A stretch of DNA of 32,000 nt, from NCBI GenBank assembly GCA_964353725.1, contig CAYGVX010000001.1, positions 50,129 through 82,128 of the forward strand, in the 5' to 3' direction. Below the pieces are notes generated by a model. The model was not told where the DNA came from and did not search any database. It saw only the letters and a list, made by a program, of their open reading frames with translations. This DNA comes from an uncultured Candidatus Bathyarchaeia archaeon (GTDB lineage: Archaea > Thermoproteota > Bathyarchaeia > Bathyarchaeales > SOJC01). The position numbers and the translations under genes are program-made. Numbering within the stretch: position 1 is the first letter of the stretch; every line of letters begins with the position of its first letter. Positions 18,388 to 27,153 of the stretch are shown one piece after another.

Positions 18388-20820
18388 TTATGTCTGTTGT
18401 TGCTTCTTAGCCAGCATTCTCTCCAATACAGGCTTCAGCTTCGCGTTCTCAACCTTGATTTTCTCCGGTCCAAGTTCGCTTAGCTGTGCCGCCATCTCCT
18501 TCATCAACTCTGCGAACCTCAGTCCCTCAGCAGCCGACACGTATTCGACCCTGAATCGCTGGGGGCTCAAGCCCAGCTTTTCAAGCATGGGTGCTAAGGC
18601 GTCCATGCGGGCTTTCATCTTCGAGTTTCCGCTTATGTAATGGCAGTCGTAGGGCAAGTGGCAGGCTCCGATTAGCACCATGCCGGCTCCCCGCCTGAAG
18701 GCTTCCAGCACAAAGTCTCGATCCACGCGTCCCGAACACATGACGCGGACTGGTCTGATTAGGGGGGGATACTCGAAGCGGCTCGTGCCTGCCAAATCTG
18801 CACCCGCGTAGCAGCACCAGTTGCACAATATCCCCAAGATTTTGCCCTCAGGATTCTCCTCCAGCGCGGTTCTTATTTGGGCAAGTATCTGCTCGTCTGT
18901 GAAATGCTTCTGTGTGATGGCGTCGGCGGGGCACTCAGCCGCGCAGGTGCCGCAGCCGTGGCACATGGCGGTTACGACTTTCGCGGGTTGTTTTTCGAGG
19001 GCTTCTATGGCTCCATAGGGACACCGTTCCGCGCAGATGCCGCACTTAACCTTCGTGTTCCTACATTTCTCGGGAGTCACTTCTGCAATTATGGGCTCTA
19101 TTTTCCACTTCTTCTTAGACAGAATTGTCGCCGCCCGTCCAGCGGCGCCGCTCCCCTGAGAGACACTGTAGGGAATGTCCTTTGGACCTTGGCAGGCACC
19201 GGCTACAAAGACACCGTCGACCGGGGTGTCTATGGGCTTCAGCTTGGGGTGGCTTTCCATGAAGAATCCGTCTGTGCCCCTTGAGATGTTCAGGATTCTG
19301 GCCACGTCTGCGGCGTCGGCTTTGGGTACCGCGGCGGTACATAAGACGACCATCTCGGCGGGCAGCTCGATTGGCTGTCCCAGAGTCATGTCTTCTGCTC
19401 GTATGATGAGGTTCTTGGTCTCTGGATCTTCGAGCACGTGGCTTGCTCTTCCCCGGATGAAAGTGACGCCTAGGTTTCGGGCTCGTCGGTAGAATTCTTC
19501 GTATCCCTTGAAGTGGGTTCTCATGTCCATGTAAAGAAGATATACTTCCACATCGTCCTTGTATTTTTCTTTGAGCAGGATTGCATTCTTCAGAGCGTAC
19601 ATGCAGCAGAAGCCCGAGCAGTACTCATATTTGTCGAGGTTGCGCGAGCCCACGCATTGGATGAAGGCTACGGTGTGGGGTTTTTTGCCGTCTGAGGCTC
19701 GGATAACCTTGCCGCCAGTGGGGCCGGCTGCTAGGATTAGTCTCTCAAACTCCATCGCGGTGATCACGTTTGCGTATTTTCCATAGCCATAGAGAGGGTC
19801 GTCGTAGGGCATGTAGACGTCGAAGCCCGTTGCCACTATGATTGCGCCGACGTCGAGTTCGATTTCCTCGGGTTCTTGGTCGAAGTTTATGGCTTGTCGT
19901 GCGCCGCAGGCGTCCACACACTTGTAGCATTCTATGCAGTGGTCCTTGTTGATTGTGTAGACAAGCGGGACTGCCTGTTCGAAGGGCGCGGATATGGCTT
20001 TCCGTACTCCCATGTTCACGTCCCAATCGTTGGGGTACTCGATGGGGCACGCTTCCCTGCATTCGCCGCAGCCCGTGCAGTTATCTTGAATTATGTATCG
20101 AGGATTCTTCTTTATCTTGACTTTGAAGTTGCCCACGTAGCCAGACACGTTGGTCAGGTCGGCGTAAGATATTATCTCGATGTTGGGGTGTCGACACGCG
20201 TCCACCATCTTCGGGCCTTCAATGCATATGCTGCAGTCCAATGTTGGAAATGTCTTGTCCAGTTGGGCCATGTGGCCGCCGATGCTCTCGGTTTTCTCGA
20301 GTAGGTAAACTTTGAAGCCCATTTCGGCCAGGTCTAGGGCTGCGTTTATTCCAGCTATCCCGCCGCCGACGACGAGAGCCTTGTTAGTGACGGGCACTTC
20401 AATCTCCTTCAGAGGTTGAAGCAGCCTCGCCTTAGCCACAGCCATCTTGACGATTTCTTTAGCCTTCTCGGTGGCTTCTTTGGGGGTGCTTGGGTGGCAC
20501 CAAGATGAAAACTCTCTTATGTTTGCCATCTCGAAGAAGAACGGGTTCAAGCCAGCCTCGGAGCAGGTTTTGCGGAAAGTCGGTTCGTGCATGCGTGGCG
20601 AACAAGCAGCGACCACCACTCGGTTTAGCCTGTGTTCTTTGACGCCTTTTCTGATTTCCTCTTGACCTGGGTCGGCGCACGTGTATCTGTTGTCCTTGGT
20701 GTAGACCACGTCGGGCAGCGTTTTCGCGTATTCGATCACTGCCTTTACGTCGATGACTCCCGCTATGTTCAATCCACAGTGGCACACAAACACTCCGACT
20801 CGAGGCTTCTCTTCAGTCAT
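18388..20820 (-). CDS. hdrA: Heterodisulfide reductase subunit A fused to a C-terminal MvhD-like domain (810 aa)
   Basis: It is collinear with methanogen HdrA as I recall it: VGVFVCHCGLNIAG, VVVAACSPRMHEPTF, the FAD fold ALVVGGGIAGINAALDLAEMG, LDKTFPTLDCSIC, the inserted ferredoxin CTGCGECREACP/CIECYKCVDAC, CVGSRN...YCSGFCCMY, and the C-terminal ferredoxin CGICAERCP/CHGCGTCAAECP. A roughly 140-aa extension, ILGILCNWCCYAGADLAG...VRVMCSGRVD...GACHLPYDCHY, is typical of MvhD. Confidence 0.9.
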   Translation of the reverse strand: MTEEKPRVGVFVCHCGLNIAGVIDVKAVIEYAKTLPDVVYTKDNRYTCADPGQEEIRKGVKEHRLNRVVVAACSPRMHEPTFRKTCSEAGLNPFFFEMANIREFSSWCHPSTPKEATEKAKEIVKMAVAKARLLQPLKEIEVPVTNKALVVGGGIAGINAALDLAEMGFKVYLLEKTESIGGHMAQLDKTFPTLDCSICIEGPKMVDACRHPNIEIISYADLTNVSGYVGNFKVKIKKNPRYIIQDNCTGCGECREACPIEYPNDWDVNMGVRKAISAPFEQAVPLVYTINKDHCIECYKCVDACGARQAINFDQEPEEIELDVGAIIVATGFDVYMPYDDPLYGYGKYANVITAMEFERLILAAGPTGGKVIRASDGKKPHTVAFIQCVGSRNLDKYEYCSGFCCMYALKNAILLKEKYKDDVEVYLLYMDMRTHFKGYEEFYRRARNLGVTFIRGRASHVLEDPETKNLIIRAEDMTLGQPIELPAEMVVLCTAAVPKADAADVARILNISRGTDGFFMESHPKLKPIDTPVDGVFVAGACQGPKDIPYSVSQGSGAAGRAATILSKKKWKIEPIIAEVTPEKCRNTKVKCGICAERCPYGAIEALEKQPAKVVTAMCHGCGTCAAECPADAITQKHFTDEQILAQIRTALEENPEGKILGILCNWCCYAGADLAGTSRFEYPPLIRPVRVMCSGRVDRDFVLEAFRRGAGMVLIGACHLPYDCHYISGNSKMKARMDALAPMLEKLGLSPQRFRVEYVSAAEGLRFAELMKEMAAQLSELGPEKIKVENAKLKPVLERMLAKKQQQT

Positions 20821-20822
20821 CC

Positions 20823-21734
20823 CTAACTGCCCTCCGCTTTCCCAAATGCCTGCGTAACCAGTTGAGCTGGGTCAACTCGCAACTCTTTCAGAGCCAACTC
20901 TTCAGGCGAGAACCCCAAGGCTAGACCAAGTAGCTGGGGATAGTGAAGGACGGGGATTCTGAAGGTTTCGTTGAACATCCTCTCTATGCGGGGCTGGTTA
21001 GTGTCAAACATCATGTGGCAGAAGGGACAAACAGTGATCAGCGCCTGAGCGCCTGCATATTTGACGTTGACGAGTTTCTCTCGAGTCAGCTGCAAGGGAA
21101 TCCTGTCGCTCACCCCGGCGATTGGAGCACCACAGCAAGAAGTCTGATCCCTGTACTCCACGTATTTGGCGCCAGTTGCTTCAATCAGTTTCCTGAGAAC
21201 CTCGGGGTTTTCTGGGTTGTCGAAGCCCACGTCGTCAGATGGGCGTGTAACGTGGCAGCCGCTGTGTTCAGTCACCTGTAAACCTGTTAGAGGCTTCATC
21301 ACGGCCCCCTTTATCTTGTCATACCCCACGTCTTCCGCCAGCAACTGGAGAAGATGCTTCGCCTCCACGGTTCCCTTGAACTCCAATCCTGTCTCCTTCA
21401 AGTAGCCGTTAATCTTCTCTCTAAGCTCCTTGTCACCCTTCAGGTTCTTGTTCACCTTGCGAAGCGTCCCCGCACATCCTGGGCACAGGGCGACGACGTT
21501 GAGTCCCTCCTGCTCAGCCAAGCAGAGATTTCTCGCCGCCAAGGTGAGCATCATTTCATGATTCACCGGATCTATGGGAAGCCCGCAGCAGTTGTACTCC
21601 GACATCTCAACCAACTCTACGCCCAGCTTCGCGAGGACTTTTCGTGCGGAGATCTCGTAGCTTGAGACTCGGTAGGGGATGGCGCAGCCCAAGAACAGCA
21701 GAAACCTTGAGTTTTGCGGAGCAGCCATTTTCAC
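20823..21734 (-). CDS. hdrB: Heterodisulfide reductase subunit B (two CCG domains)
   Basis: The CCG motifs are LGCAIPY...YNCCGLP...CPGC and SGCHVTRP...TSCCGAP...CPFC. The GTG start overlaps the hdrC stop as GTGA. An alternative ATG lies at 21728. Confidence 0.9.
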   Translation of the reverse strand: MKMAAPQNSRFLLFLGCAIPYRVSSYEISARKVLAKLGVELVEMSEYNCCGLPIDPVNHEMMLTLAARNLCLAEQEGLNVVALCPGCAGTLRKVNKNLKGDKELREKINGYLKETGLEFKGTVEAKHLLQLLAEDVGYDKIKGAVMKPLTGLQVTEHSGCHVTRPSDDVGFDNPENPEVLRKLIEATGAKYVEYRDQTSCCGAPIAGVSDRIPLQLTREKLVNVKYAGAQALITVCPFCHMMFDTNQPRIERMFNETFRIPVLHYPQLLGLALGFSPEELALKELRVDPAQLVTQAFGKAEGS

Positions 21735-22414
21735 TCACCCTTATTCATTATCTTCGAAAAGCCTGTTGCGTTGGCAAGCTTCGCCATAACCTCTGGGTTT
21801 CCCTTCGGCAGAGGCGGCAACCCAATCTCTCCTCTCTTCTTCAGCCGCAGTTCTGGGATTCTGTAGGCGATCCCGCTTTCCAGTATGCTCGAACCCAGCT
21901 CTTTGAAGACATGCGGAATGACTCCGCGTTCGGCTGCGGCGTTTCTCAGTATGCGTATAACGCTTGCCACTTCCACGTCCTGCGGGCAACGGTCGCTGCA
22001 CGTGTAGCATGCTGCACAAAGCCACAGCGTATCGCTGGAGAGAACGCGGTCTTTCAAGCCTAGTTGAGCCATGCGAATTATCGTCCGAGGTCTGTAGGAG
22101 TCGCTGAACCTGGCAATCGGGCAATCTGAGGTGCAAGTGCCGCATTGAAAACACTGCTTAATCTTTTCGCCCCCGTGCATCCTGCTTATCTCATACTTGA
22201 AGTGTGGGTCGAATTCATCTGCCTTGATAGGCTTGGTTTCCAAGGCCTTGGATTCGGGTGTTTTCTCCTCTGTTTTCTGAGGTGTCGGTGATGGGCGTAG
22301 CGTTGGGGCTGGCGATGGCTGCGGGGTCGGCTGTGGAGCACTAGCAGCTTTATTTGCTGCTTTCCGGGGCTTCCTCTCTGCTTTTGGTTTTGGCTTTCGT
22401 TTTGACTTAGACAT
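21731..22414 (-). CDS. hdrC: Heterodisulfide reductase subunit C-like 2x[4Fe-4S] protein with a basic Pro/Thr-rich N-terminal extension
   Basis: The cluster motifs are CFQCGTCTSDCP and CAACYTCSDRCP. The first 65 or so residues, MSKSKRKPKPKAERKPRKAANKAASAPQPTPQPSPAPTLRPSPTPQKTEEKTPE, are low complexity. ATG 22414 overlaps the upstream stop by 8 nt. Confidence 0.85.
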   Translation of the reverse strand: MSKSKRKPKPKAERKPRKAANKAASAPQPTPQPSPAPTLRPSPTPQKTEEKTPESKALETKPIKADEFDPHFKYEISRMHGGEKIKQCFQCGTCTSDCPIARFSDSYRPRTIIRMAQLGLKDRVLSSDTLWLCAACYTCSDRCPQDVEVASVIRILRNAAAERGVIPHVFKELGSSILESGIAYRIPELRLKKRGEIGLPPLPKGNPEVMAKLANATGFSKIMNKGE

Positions 22415-23366
22415 TTCCCTTCTTCCTAGGCTCGAAGCGTTTTTTCACTGCTTCAACCGTCAGTCTTCTTCCTTTTCCACGCAGCTCTTTAGCCATCTCA
22501 CTCGTAGACGTCAGCTTTTCGAGAGCCTTATTCCATGCTCCAGAACGAACTGGCGTGTGATGTATGGTTGAACGTGAAAGCTCCAAGGCTCCTGTCTCGG
22601 GGCAGACTATCCTGCACACGCCACAATAGGTGCAGAGCAGCTCGTTCACATGCACTTTGCCGTCCTTCTCAGAGATATACAGGGCCCCAGTTATGGGGCA
22701 CACATCTAGGCAGTCATGACAGCCGGGAGGGCATTTCTCTTTGTTGATCTTCAGCCTCCCAGTGAAAATTTTCCGGACGCGAACAACGCCTTCTGGGCAT
22801 TTAACCTCGCAGACTCTACAGCATGGGCATCGTTCTTTTTCGATATCCACCTTAATCTTGCCATCAGTGGGGTTCGACGTGACCTTTATCAAGTTCAACG
22901 GGCAGGCTTCTTCGCATTCAATGCAGCCGGTTGGGCACTTGGTCGCGTCTACAGTGATTTCGCGGATAAGCTGGGGAAAACTCTCCTTCTCAACCACCGA
23001 CGCGATATTCTTGCCGTCTATAGTGACTTGCACCGCGCCGTGGGGACACGTTGTTGCACATATGCCGCAATAATGGCATTTGGCTTCGTCCACGTCGATT
23101 TTGGGACGCGGAGTCTTCTGTCCTTCTTTCTTTGACTGCTTAATGAGCCTGATGGCTTCTCGCGGGCAAATGAGGCTGCAGACTTCGCATCCAACGCATA
23201 GCTCTCGGTCCACCGTCAAACGATAGCTCTTTGCGTGGTGAATCCTTTCCACTACCAGCTGCTTGTTTTGGTCGGTTTTCTGGATTTTCATGGGCATTTT
23301 GGACACCCTATATAGGGTATTAACGGCACGTGTAACATCTGCGGGGCATCTTGAGAATATTGACAT
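22407..23366 (-). CDS. Polyferredoxin with six [4Fe-4S] cluster motifs
   Basis: The six motifs are CVGCEVCSLICP, CHYCGICATTCP, CPTGCIECEEACP, CPCCRVCEVKCP, CPPGCHDCLDVCP and CTYCGVCRIVCP. The start is uncertain: ATG 23366, or ATG 23297 (MPMKIQK...), which I consider at least as likely. Confidence 0.85.
   Translation of the reverse strand: MSIFSRCPADVTRAVNTLYRVSKMPMKIQKTDQNKQLVVERIHHAKSYRLTVDRELCVGCEVCSLICPREAIRLIKQSKKEGQKTPRPKIDVDEAKCHYCGICATTCPHGAVQVTIDGKNIASVVEKESFPQLIREITVDATKCPTGCIECEEACPLNLIKVTSNPTDGKIKVDIEKERCPCCRVCEVKCPEGVVRVRKIFTGRLKINKEKCPPGCHDCLDVCPITGALYISEKDGKVHVNELLCTYCGVCRIVCPETGALELSRSTIHHTPVRSGAWNKALEKLTSTSEMAKELRGKGRRLTVEAVKKRFEPRKKGNV
23305..23318. promoter_or_regulatory. 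Perfect 14-bp palindrome ACCCTATATAGGGT with a TATA core
   Basis: I read it directly and it is its own reverse complement. It lies between the two candidate starts of the polyferredoxin gene, at the head of the hdr operon. Confidence 0.3.
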
Positions 23367-23532
23367 ACGTAAACATATATTTTATAGTTTCTGTGGCTCA
23401 CGTGACAGCAGTAACTATAACAATCGCGAGGAGAATGCCTCCGAAGCTCAACAAAAACGTTAAGTGCTCTGCAAGCAATCGACAAGAACTGGTTGAATCC
23501 TAGACATGCAACAGACTGCTCCTAAAGGAAAG

Positions 23533-23542
23533 TTTATATAAA
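23533..23542 (+). promoter_or_regulatory. Candidate BRE/TATA box (AAAG-TTTATATAAA) for the rps13 operon
   Basis: TTTATATAAA is preceded by purine-rich GGAAAG and lies about 48 nt upstream of ATG 23590. GGAG at 23579-23582 is 7 nt before the ATG. Confidence 0.4.
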
Positions 23543-23589
23543 TTGTGCATCCTTTTCGGTAGGTAGCTTCACAACACTGGAGACTCAAA

Positions 23590-24072
23590 ATGTCAAAAGA
23601 ATTCCGCCACATCACACGCATAGCCGAGAAAGACCTGAACGGCACCCAGAAAGTAGCCCCCGCGCTCTCGAGGGTAAAAGGGATAGGTGTCAGCTTAGCC
23701 AACTCCATAGTGATAAAAGCCGGGGTCAACCCCGAGACCCGCCTAGGGTTTTTATCAGAACAGGAAATCGAAAAGCTGGAAGACGTTATAACGAATCCAA
23801 CTAAACACGGTCTGCCCGAGTGGCTTTTTAACCGTCAAAAAGACTTGGAAACCGGGAAAAACATTCACATCACAGGGTCGGAGCTTGTTCTTCAAGAAAA
23901 AACAGACATCGACCTCATGAAAACAACCAAGTCGTGGAAAGGCTACCGCCACTCGTATGGGTTGAAGGTGCGTGGTCAGAGAACTAGGTGCACTGGAAGA
24001 AAAGGCAAAGCTATAGGTGTCAAAAAGAAAGCATTTCTTCCAACTGCGGCACCAAGGGAAGGTAAAGAGTAA
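23590..24072 (+). CDS. rps13: Ribosomal protein S13 (uS13)
   Basis: Sequence FRHITRIAEKDLNGTQKVAPALSRVKGIGVSLANSI...GLKVRGQRT is S13-like, and it holds the first position in the conserved S13-S4-S11-rpoD cluster. Confidence 0.93.
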   Translation: MSKEFRHITRIAEKDLNGTQKVAPALSRVKGIGVSLANSIVIKAGVNPETRLGFLSEQEIEKLEDVITNPTKHGLPEWLFNRQKDLETGKNIHITGSELVLQEKTDIDLMKTTKSWKGYRHSYGLKVRGQRTRCTGRKGKAIGVKKKAFLPTAAPREGKE

Positions 24073-24647
24073 TGGGTGACACAAAGAAGCAGCGAAAGAA
24101 GTATGAGACTCCGAGGTTTCCATGGAGGACAGACATGCTGCAAACAGAGCTCAAAATGCTAGGCCAGTACGGGCTAAGAAACAAAAGAGAGCTATGGCGC
24201 CACGAGACCATGGTATCCAAGTTCAGAGGCACAGCCCGCTCAATATTCGTTATGCCCGCAGAAGAAGGCGAAAAACTCAAAACACAGCTTCTAAACAGAC
24301 TAAACAGACTGGGAATACTCCCAGAGAATGCAGCCCTCGACGACGTTCTCGACATGGCGATTGAAGACATACTTCAGAGAAGACTCCAATCACTCGTCTT
24401 CCAGAAAGGCTTAGCCAAATCAATCTATCAGGCCCGTCAACTCATATCCCACGGTCACATAACCATCGAAGGCAAAAAGGTGACGTCTCCCAGCTACTTG
24501 GTGCTGAGAGACGAAGAGGCACACGTTGATTATGCACCTACAAGCTCAGTAGCGAGTCAGGATCACCCACTTCGTCAAGCTCTTGCTGGAGTTGTGCCCG
24601 AGCCCAAAACAAAACAGACTCACGCCGGGGAGAGTGAAAGAGCATGA
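24072..24647 (+). CDS. rps4: Ribosomal protein S4 (uS4)
   Basis: Sequence [10 protein letters not shown]...[11 protein letters not shown]...[24 protein letters not shown] (S4 domain). It overlaps rps13 as TAATG. Confidence 0.93.
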   Translation: MGDTKKQRKKYETPRFPWRTDMLQTELKMLGQYGLRNKRELWRHETMVSKFRGTARSIFVMPAEEGEKLKTQLLNRLNRLGILPENAALDDVLDMAIEDILQRRLQSLVFQKGLAKSIYQARQLISHGHITIEGKKVTSPSYLVLRDEEAHVDYAPTSSVASQDHPLRQALAGVVPEPKTKQTHAGESERA

Positions 24648-25039
24648 GCAAGAAGACCGAGAAATGGGGCGTCGTTCACATCTACAGCTCGTACAACAAC
24701 ACCATAATTCATGTCACAGACATCTCAGGAGCAGAAACGATTGCCAGAACCAGCGGAGGCATGTTCGTCAAGGCATCACGCCTCGAATCCTCCCCCTACG
24801 CCGCCATGCGCGCCGCATCTACCGCAGCTTCAACTGCAAGAGACAAGGGGATAACAGCTATACACATTAAGGTTAGAGCGCCTGGAGGCTCGAGTGCCAG
24901 AACGCCTGGACCTGGAGCACAGGCAGCCATACGAGCCTTGGCTAGAACGGGGTTCCGAATAGGCCGCATAGAGGAAGTCACTCCGGTTCCCCACGATGGT
25001 ACACGGCGAAAGGGCGGTCGAAGGGGTCGAAGAGTATAA
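24644..25039 (+). CDS. rps11: Ribosomal protein S11 (uS11)
   Basis: Sequence [32 protein letters not shown]...VRAPGG...[43 protein letters not shown]. It overlaps rps4 as ATGA. Confidence 0.95.
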   Translation: MSKKTEKWGVVHIYSSYNNTIIHVTDISGAETIARTSGGMFVKASRLESSPYAAMRAASTAASTARDKGITAIHIKVRAPGGSSARTPGPGAQAAIRALARTGFRIGRIEEVTPVPHDGTRRKGGRRGRRV

Positions 25040-25092
25040 AACCAGTCTGCTCCAATACAGAAATCTGATAGTGTATGGAAGGAACGTAAACC

Positions 25093-25908
25093 GTGAAAAT
25101 TCAAGTACTAGAGAAGAACGACGTTTCGTTGCGTTTACTCATCGAAGGGTCTAACTCTGCGTTCATGAACACGCTGCGAAGAATAGTGACTTCAGAAGTG
25201 CCCACGATGGCAATAGATGACGTAGTCTTCATCGAAAACTCTTCAACTCTTCAAGACGAATCCCTTGCTCACCGAATCGGGCTTATACCATTGAAAACAG
25301 ATTTAGAAACTTATGACCTGCCAGAAAACTGCTCCTGTAAAAGCGAGTTCGGGTGCAACCTTTGCCGCGTGTCCCTAGTGCTGGATGTGGGAGCGGAAGA
25401 CCACAGTGTAACAGTGACCTCGGGTGATTTGAAGTCAGAGAACCCAGCCATAGTTCCCGTTAGCGACAAGGTTCCCATAGCCAAGCTGACTTCAGGACAG
25501 AAAATCAAGCTGGAGGCCTATGCAAGGCTGGGAAAGGGCAAGGATCACGCAAGATGGCAGCCAGTCTCAATGTGCGCCTACAAGTATATGCCAAACGTCA
25601 AAGTGAACACGAGACTCTGCGACCAATGCGGCGAATGCATCAAGGTTTGCCCGAAAATCGTCCTCACAATAGCAGGAGACAGGATTGAGATTCAGAAAAT
25701 CATTGAATGCACGCTGTGTCGAGACTGCGTTGCCGCTTGCCAAAAAAACCCCAAGGCGATAGAGGTGACTTGGGACGAAACCTCGTTCGTATTCAGCTTA
25801 GAGTCCACAGGCGCGCTCCCGCCAGAGAAAATCCTGCAGGAGGCGCTCAGCGTTTTGGACGGAAAACTGAAAGATTTTCTAACCCAAGTGAAAAGTGAAG
25901 GAAAATGA
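25093..25908 (+). CDS. rpoD: DNA-directed RNA polymerase subunit D with a ferredoxin-like 8-Cys insertion
   Basis: The start is GTG; the upstream ATG at 25076 hits a stop after 4 codons. Sequence KIQVLEKNDVSLRLLIEGSNSAFMNTLRRI and HRIGLIPL is RpoD-like. The Fe-S motifs are CDQCGECIKVCP and CTLCRDCVAAC. Confidence 0.92.
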   Translation: MKIQVLEKNDVSLRLLIEGSNSAFMNTLRRIVTSEVPTMAIDDVVFIENSSTLQDESLAHRIGLIPLKTDLETYDLPENCSCKSEFGCNLCRVSLVLDVGAEDHSVTVTSGDLKSENPAIVPVSDKVPIAKLTSGQKIKLEAYARLGKGKDHARWQPVSMCAYKYMPNVKVNTRLCDQCGECIKVCPKIVLTIAGDRIEIQKIIECTLCRDCVAACQKNPKAIEVTWDETSFVFSLESTGALPPEKILQEALSVLDGKLKDFLTQVKSEGK

Positions 25909-26267
25909 AAAAGGCCAAAATGGAAAACCCGCAGCTCCTCGACTTGATCAGCTTCTTGGAGAAAGCGGCAAGGGAAAACAACTCGAAAGTATGGGAAGCC
26001 ATCGCCGAGACACTGTCAAGGTCAAGAAGCAGACGAGTGGCAGTCAATTTGAGCCAGATAAACAGGCATACCAAGAAAGCCCAGGTGGTGGCTGTCGCTG
26101 GCAAGGTGCTCGGGTCTGGAACACTAGATCATCCAGTGACAGTAGCGGCCTTCGCATTCTCAACCACCGCAACAGGAAAGATAAGAAACGCAAAGGGAAA
26201 ATGTCTGACTTTCCCCGACTTGGTGAAGAAAAACCCCAAAGGCTCAGACGTGAAAATCGTTGGGTAG
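25905..26267 (+). CDS. rpl18e: Ribosomal protein L18e (eL18)
   Basis: The 120-aa product reads NPQLLDLISFLEKAARENNSKVWEAIAETLSRSRSRRVAVNLSQI...VAVAGKVLGSG. It overlaps rpoD as ATGA and sits in the conserved position. Confidence 0.9.
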   Translation: MKKAKMENPQLLDLISFLEKAARENNSKVWEAIAETLSRSRSRRVAVNLSQINRHTKKAQVVAVAGKVLGSGTLDHPVTVAAFAFSTTATGKIRNAKGKCLTFPDLVKKNPKGSDVKIVG

Positions 26268-26271
26268 AAAC

Positions 26272-26718
26272 ATGAACACACAAAACGAAATCATCGTCGA
26301 CGCGAGTAACCTGATACTAGGACGCATGGCAACGGTCATCGCAAAGCACCTTCTACAAGGCGAGAACGTTGTAATACTCAACTCAGAAAGAGCGGTTATA
26401 TCGGGAAAGAGGCTGAGCAAGACGCGGGAGGCAAAGGAGAAACTGGAGATCGGTCATCCCCGAAAAGGCCCCTACTGGCCTCGACAACCCGATAGATACG
26501 TGAAGCGCGTCGTTCGAGGAATGCTGCCTCGACAGACCCCGAAAGGGAAAGAGGCATACAAGAGGCTCAGGGTTTTCATCGGCGTGCCGCCAGAGTATAA
26601 AGACAACCCACCGAGAACAATCGCAGAGGCGAAGTCTGAGAAACTTAAATGCTCCACCATAACTGTGGGTGAGCTAGTTAAAGAAATAGGATGGCACCCC
26701 ATAGGCAAGGGCGAGTAA
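26272..26718 (+). CDS. rpl13: Ribosomal protein L13 (uL13)
   Basis: Sequence [40 protein letters not shown] is L13-like. I prefer ATG 26272 over the in-frame TTG 26260, which overlaps rpl18e. Confidence 0.92.
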   Translation: MNTQNEIIVDASNLILGRMATVIAKHLLQGENVVILNSERAVISGKRLSKTREAKEKLEIGHPRKGPYWPRQPDRYVKRVVRGMLPRQTPKGKEAYKRLRVFIGVPPEYKDNPPRTIAEAKSEKLKCSTITVGELVKEIGWHPIGKGE

Positions 26719-26719
26719 C

Positions 26720-27133
26720 ATGTCGAGTTCAAAGAAGGTTATAACAATAAGCGGAAAAAGAAAAACCGCCACGGCTCGAGCTACCCTAAGGACGGGCAGG
26801 GGCAGAATCCGCATAAACAACACTCCATTAGAGATATTCGAGCCACAAGCATCACGACTAAAAATCATGGAACCCCTCCTCCAAGTCGACAGCGAACTCC
26901 GTAACCAAGTCGACATAAACGTAAAGGTTTCAGGCGGGGGTTTCATGGGGCAGGCAGAGGCTGCAAGAATGGCCGTCGCAAAGGGACTCGTGAGATGGAC
27001 TAAGAGCAAGCATCTGCAGTCAGCCTTCACCGAGTACGACAGAACCATGCTCGCAGGAGACCCACGGCGAAAAGAGTCCAAGAAGTTTGGCGGACCCGGT
27101 GCACGCGCAAGAGACCAGAAAAGCTACAGGTAA
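26720..27133 (+). CDS. rps9: Ribosomal protein S9 (uS9)
   Basis: Sequence [23 protein letters not shown]...[19 protein letters not shown]...[24 protein letters not shown]. Confidence 0.95.
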   Translation: MSSSKKVITISGKRKTATARATLRTGRGRIRINNTPLEIFEPQASRLKIMEPLLQVDSELRNQVDINVKVSGGGFMGQAEAARMAVAKGLVRWTKSKHLQSAFTEYDRTMLAGDPRRKESKKFGGPGARARDQKSYR

Positions 27134-27153
27134 AGGAGGTCTGCTGAAAAACG

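Noticed and set aside
23263-23485. Two ORFs of about 65 aa (23263-23463 plus, 23288-23485 minus) in the hdr/rps13 divergent region.
   Set aside because: They overlap each other and the polyferredoxin 5' end. They have no SD or motif. The region is better explained as a bidirectional promoter spacer.
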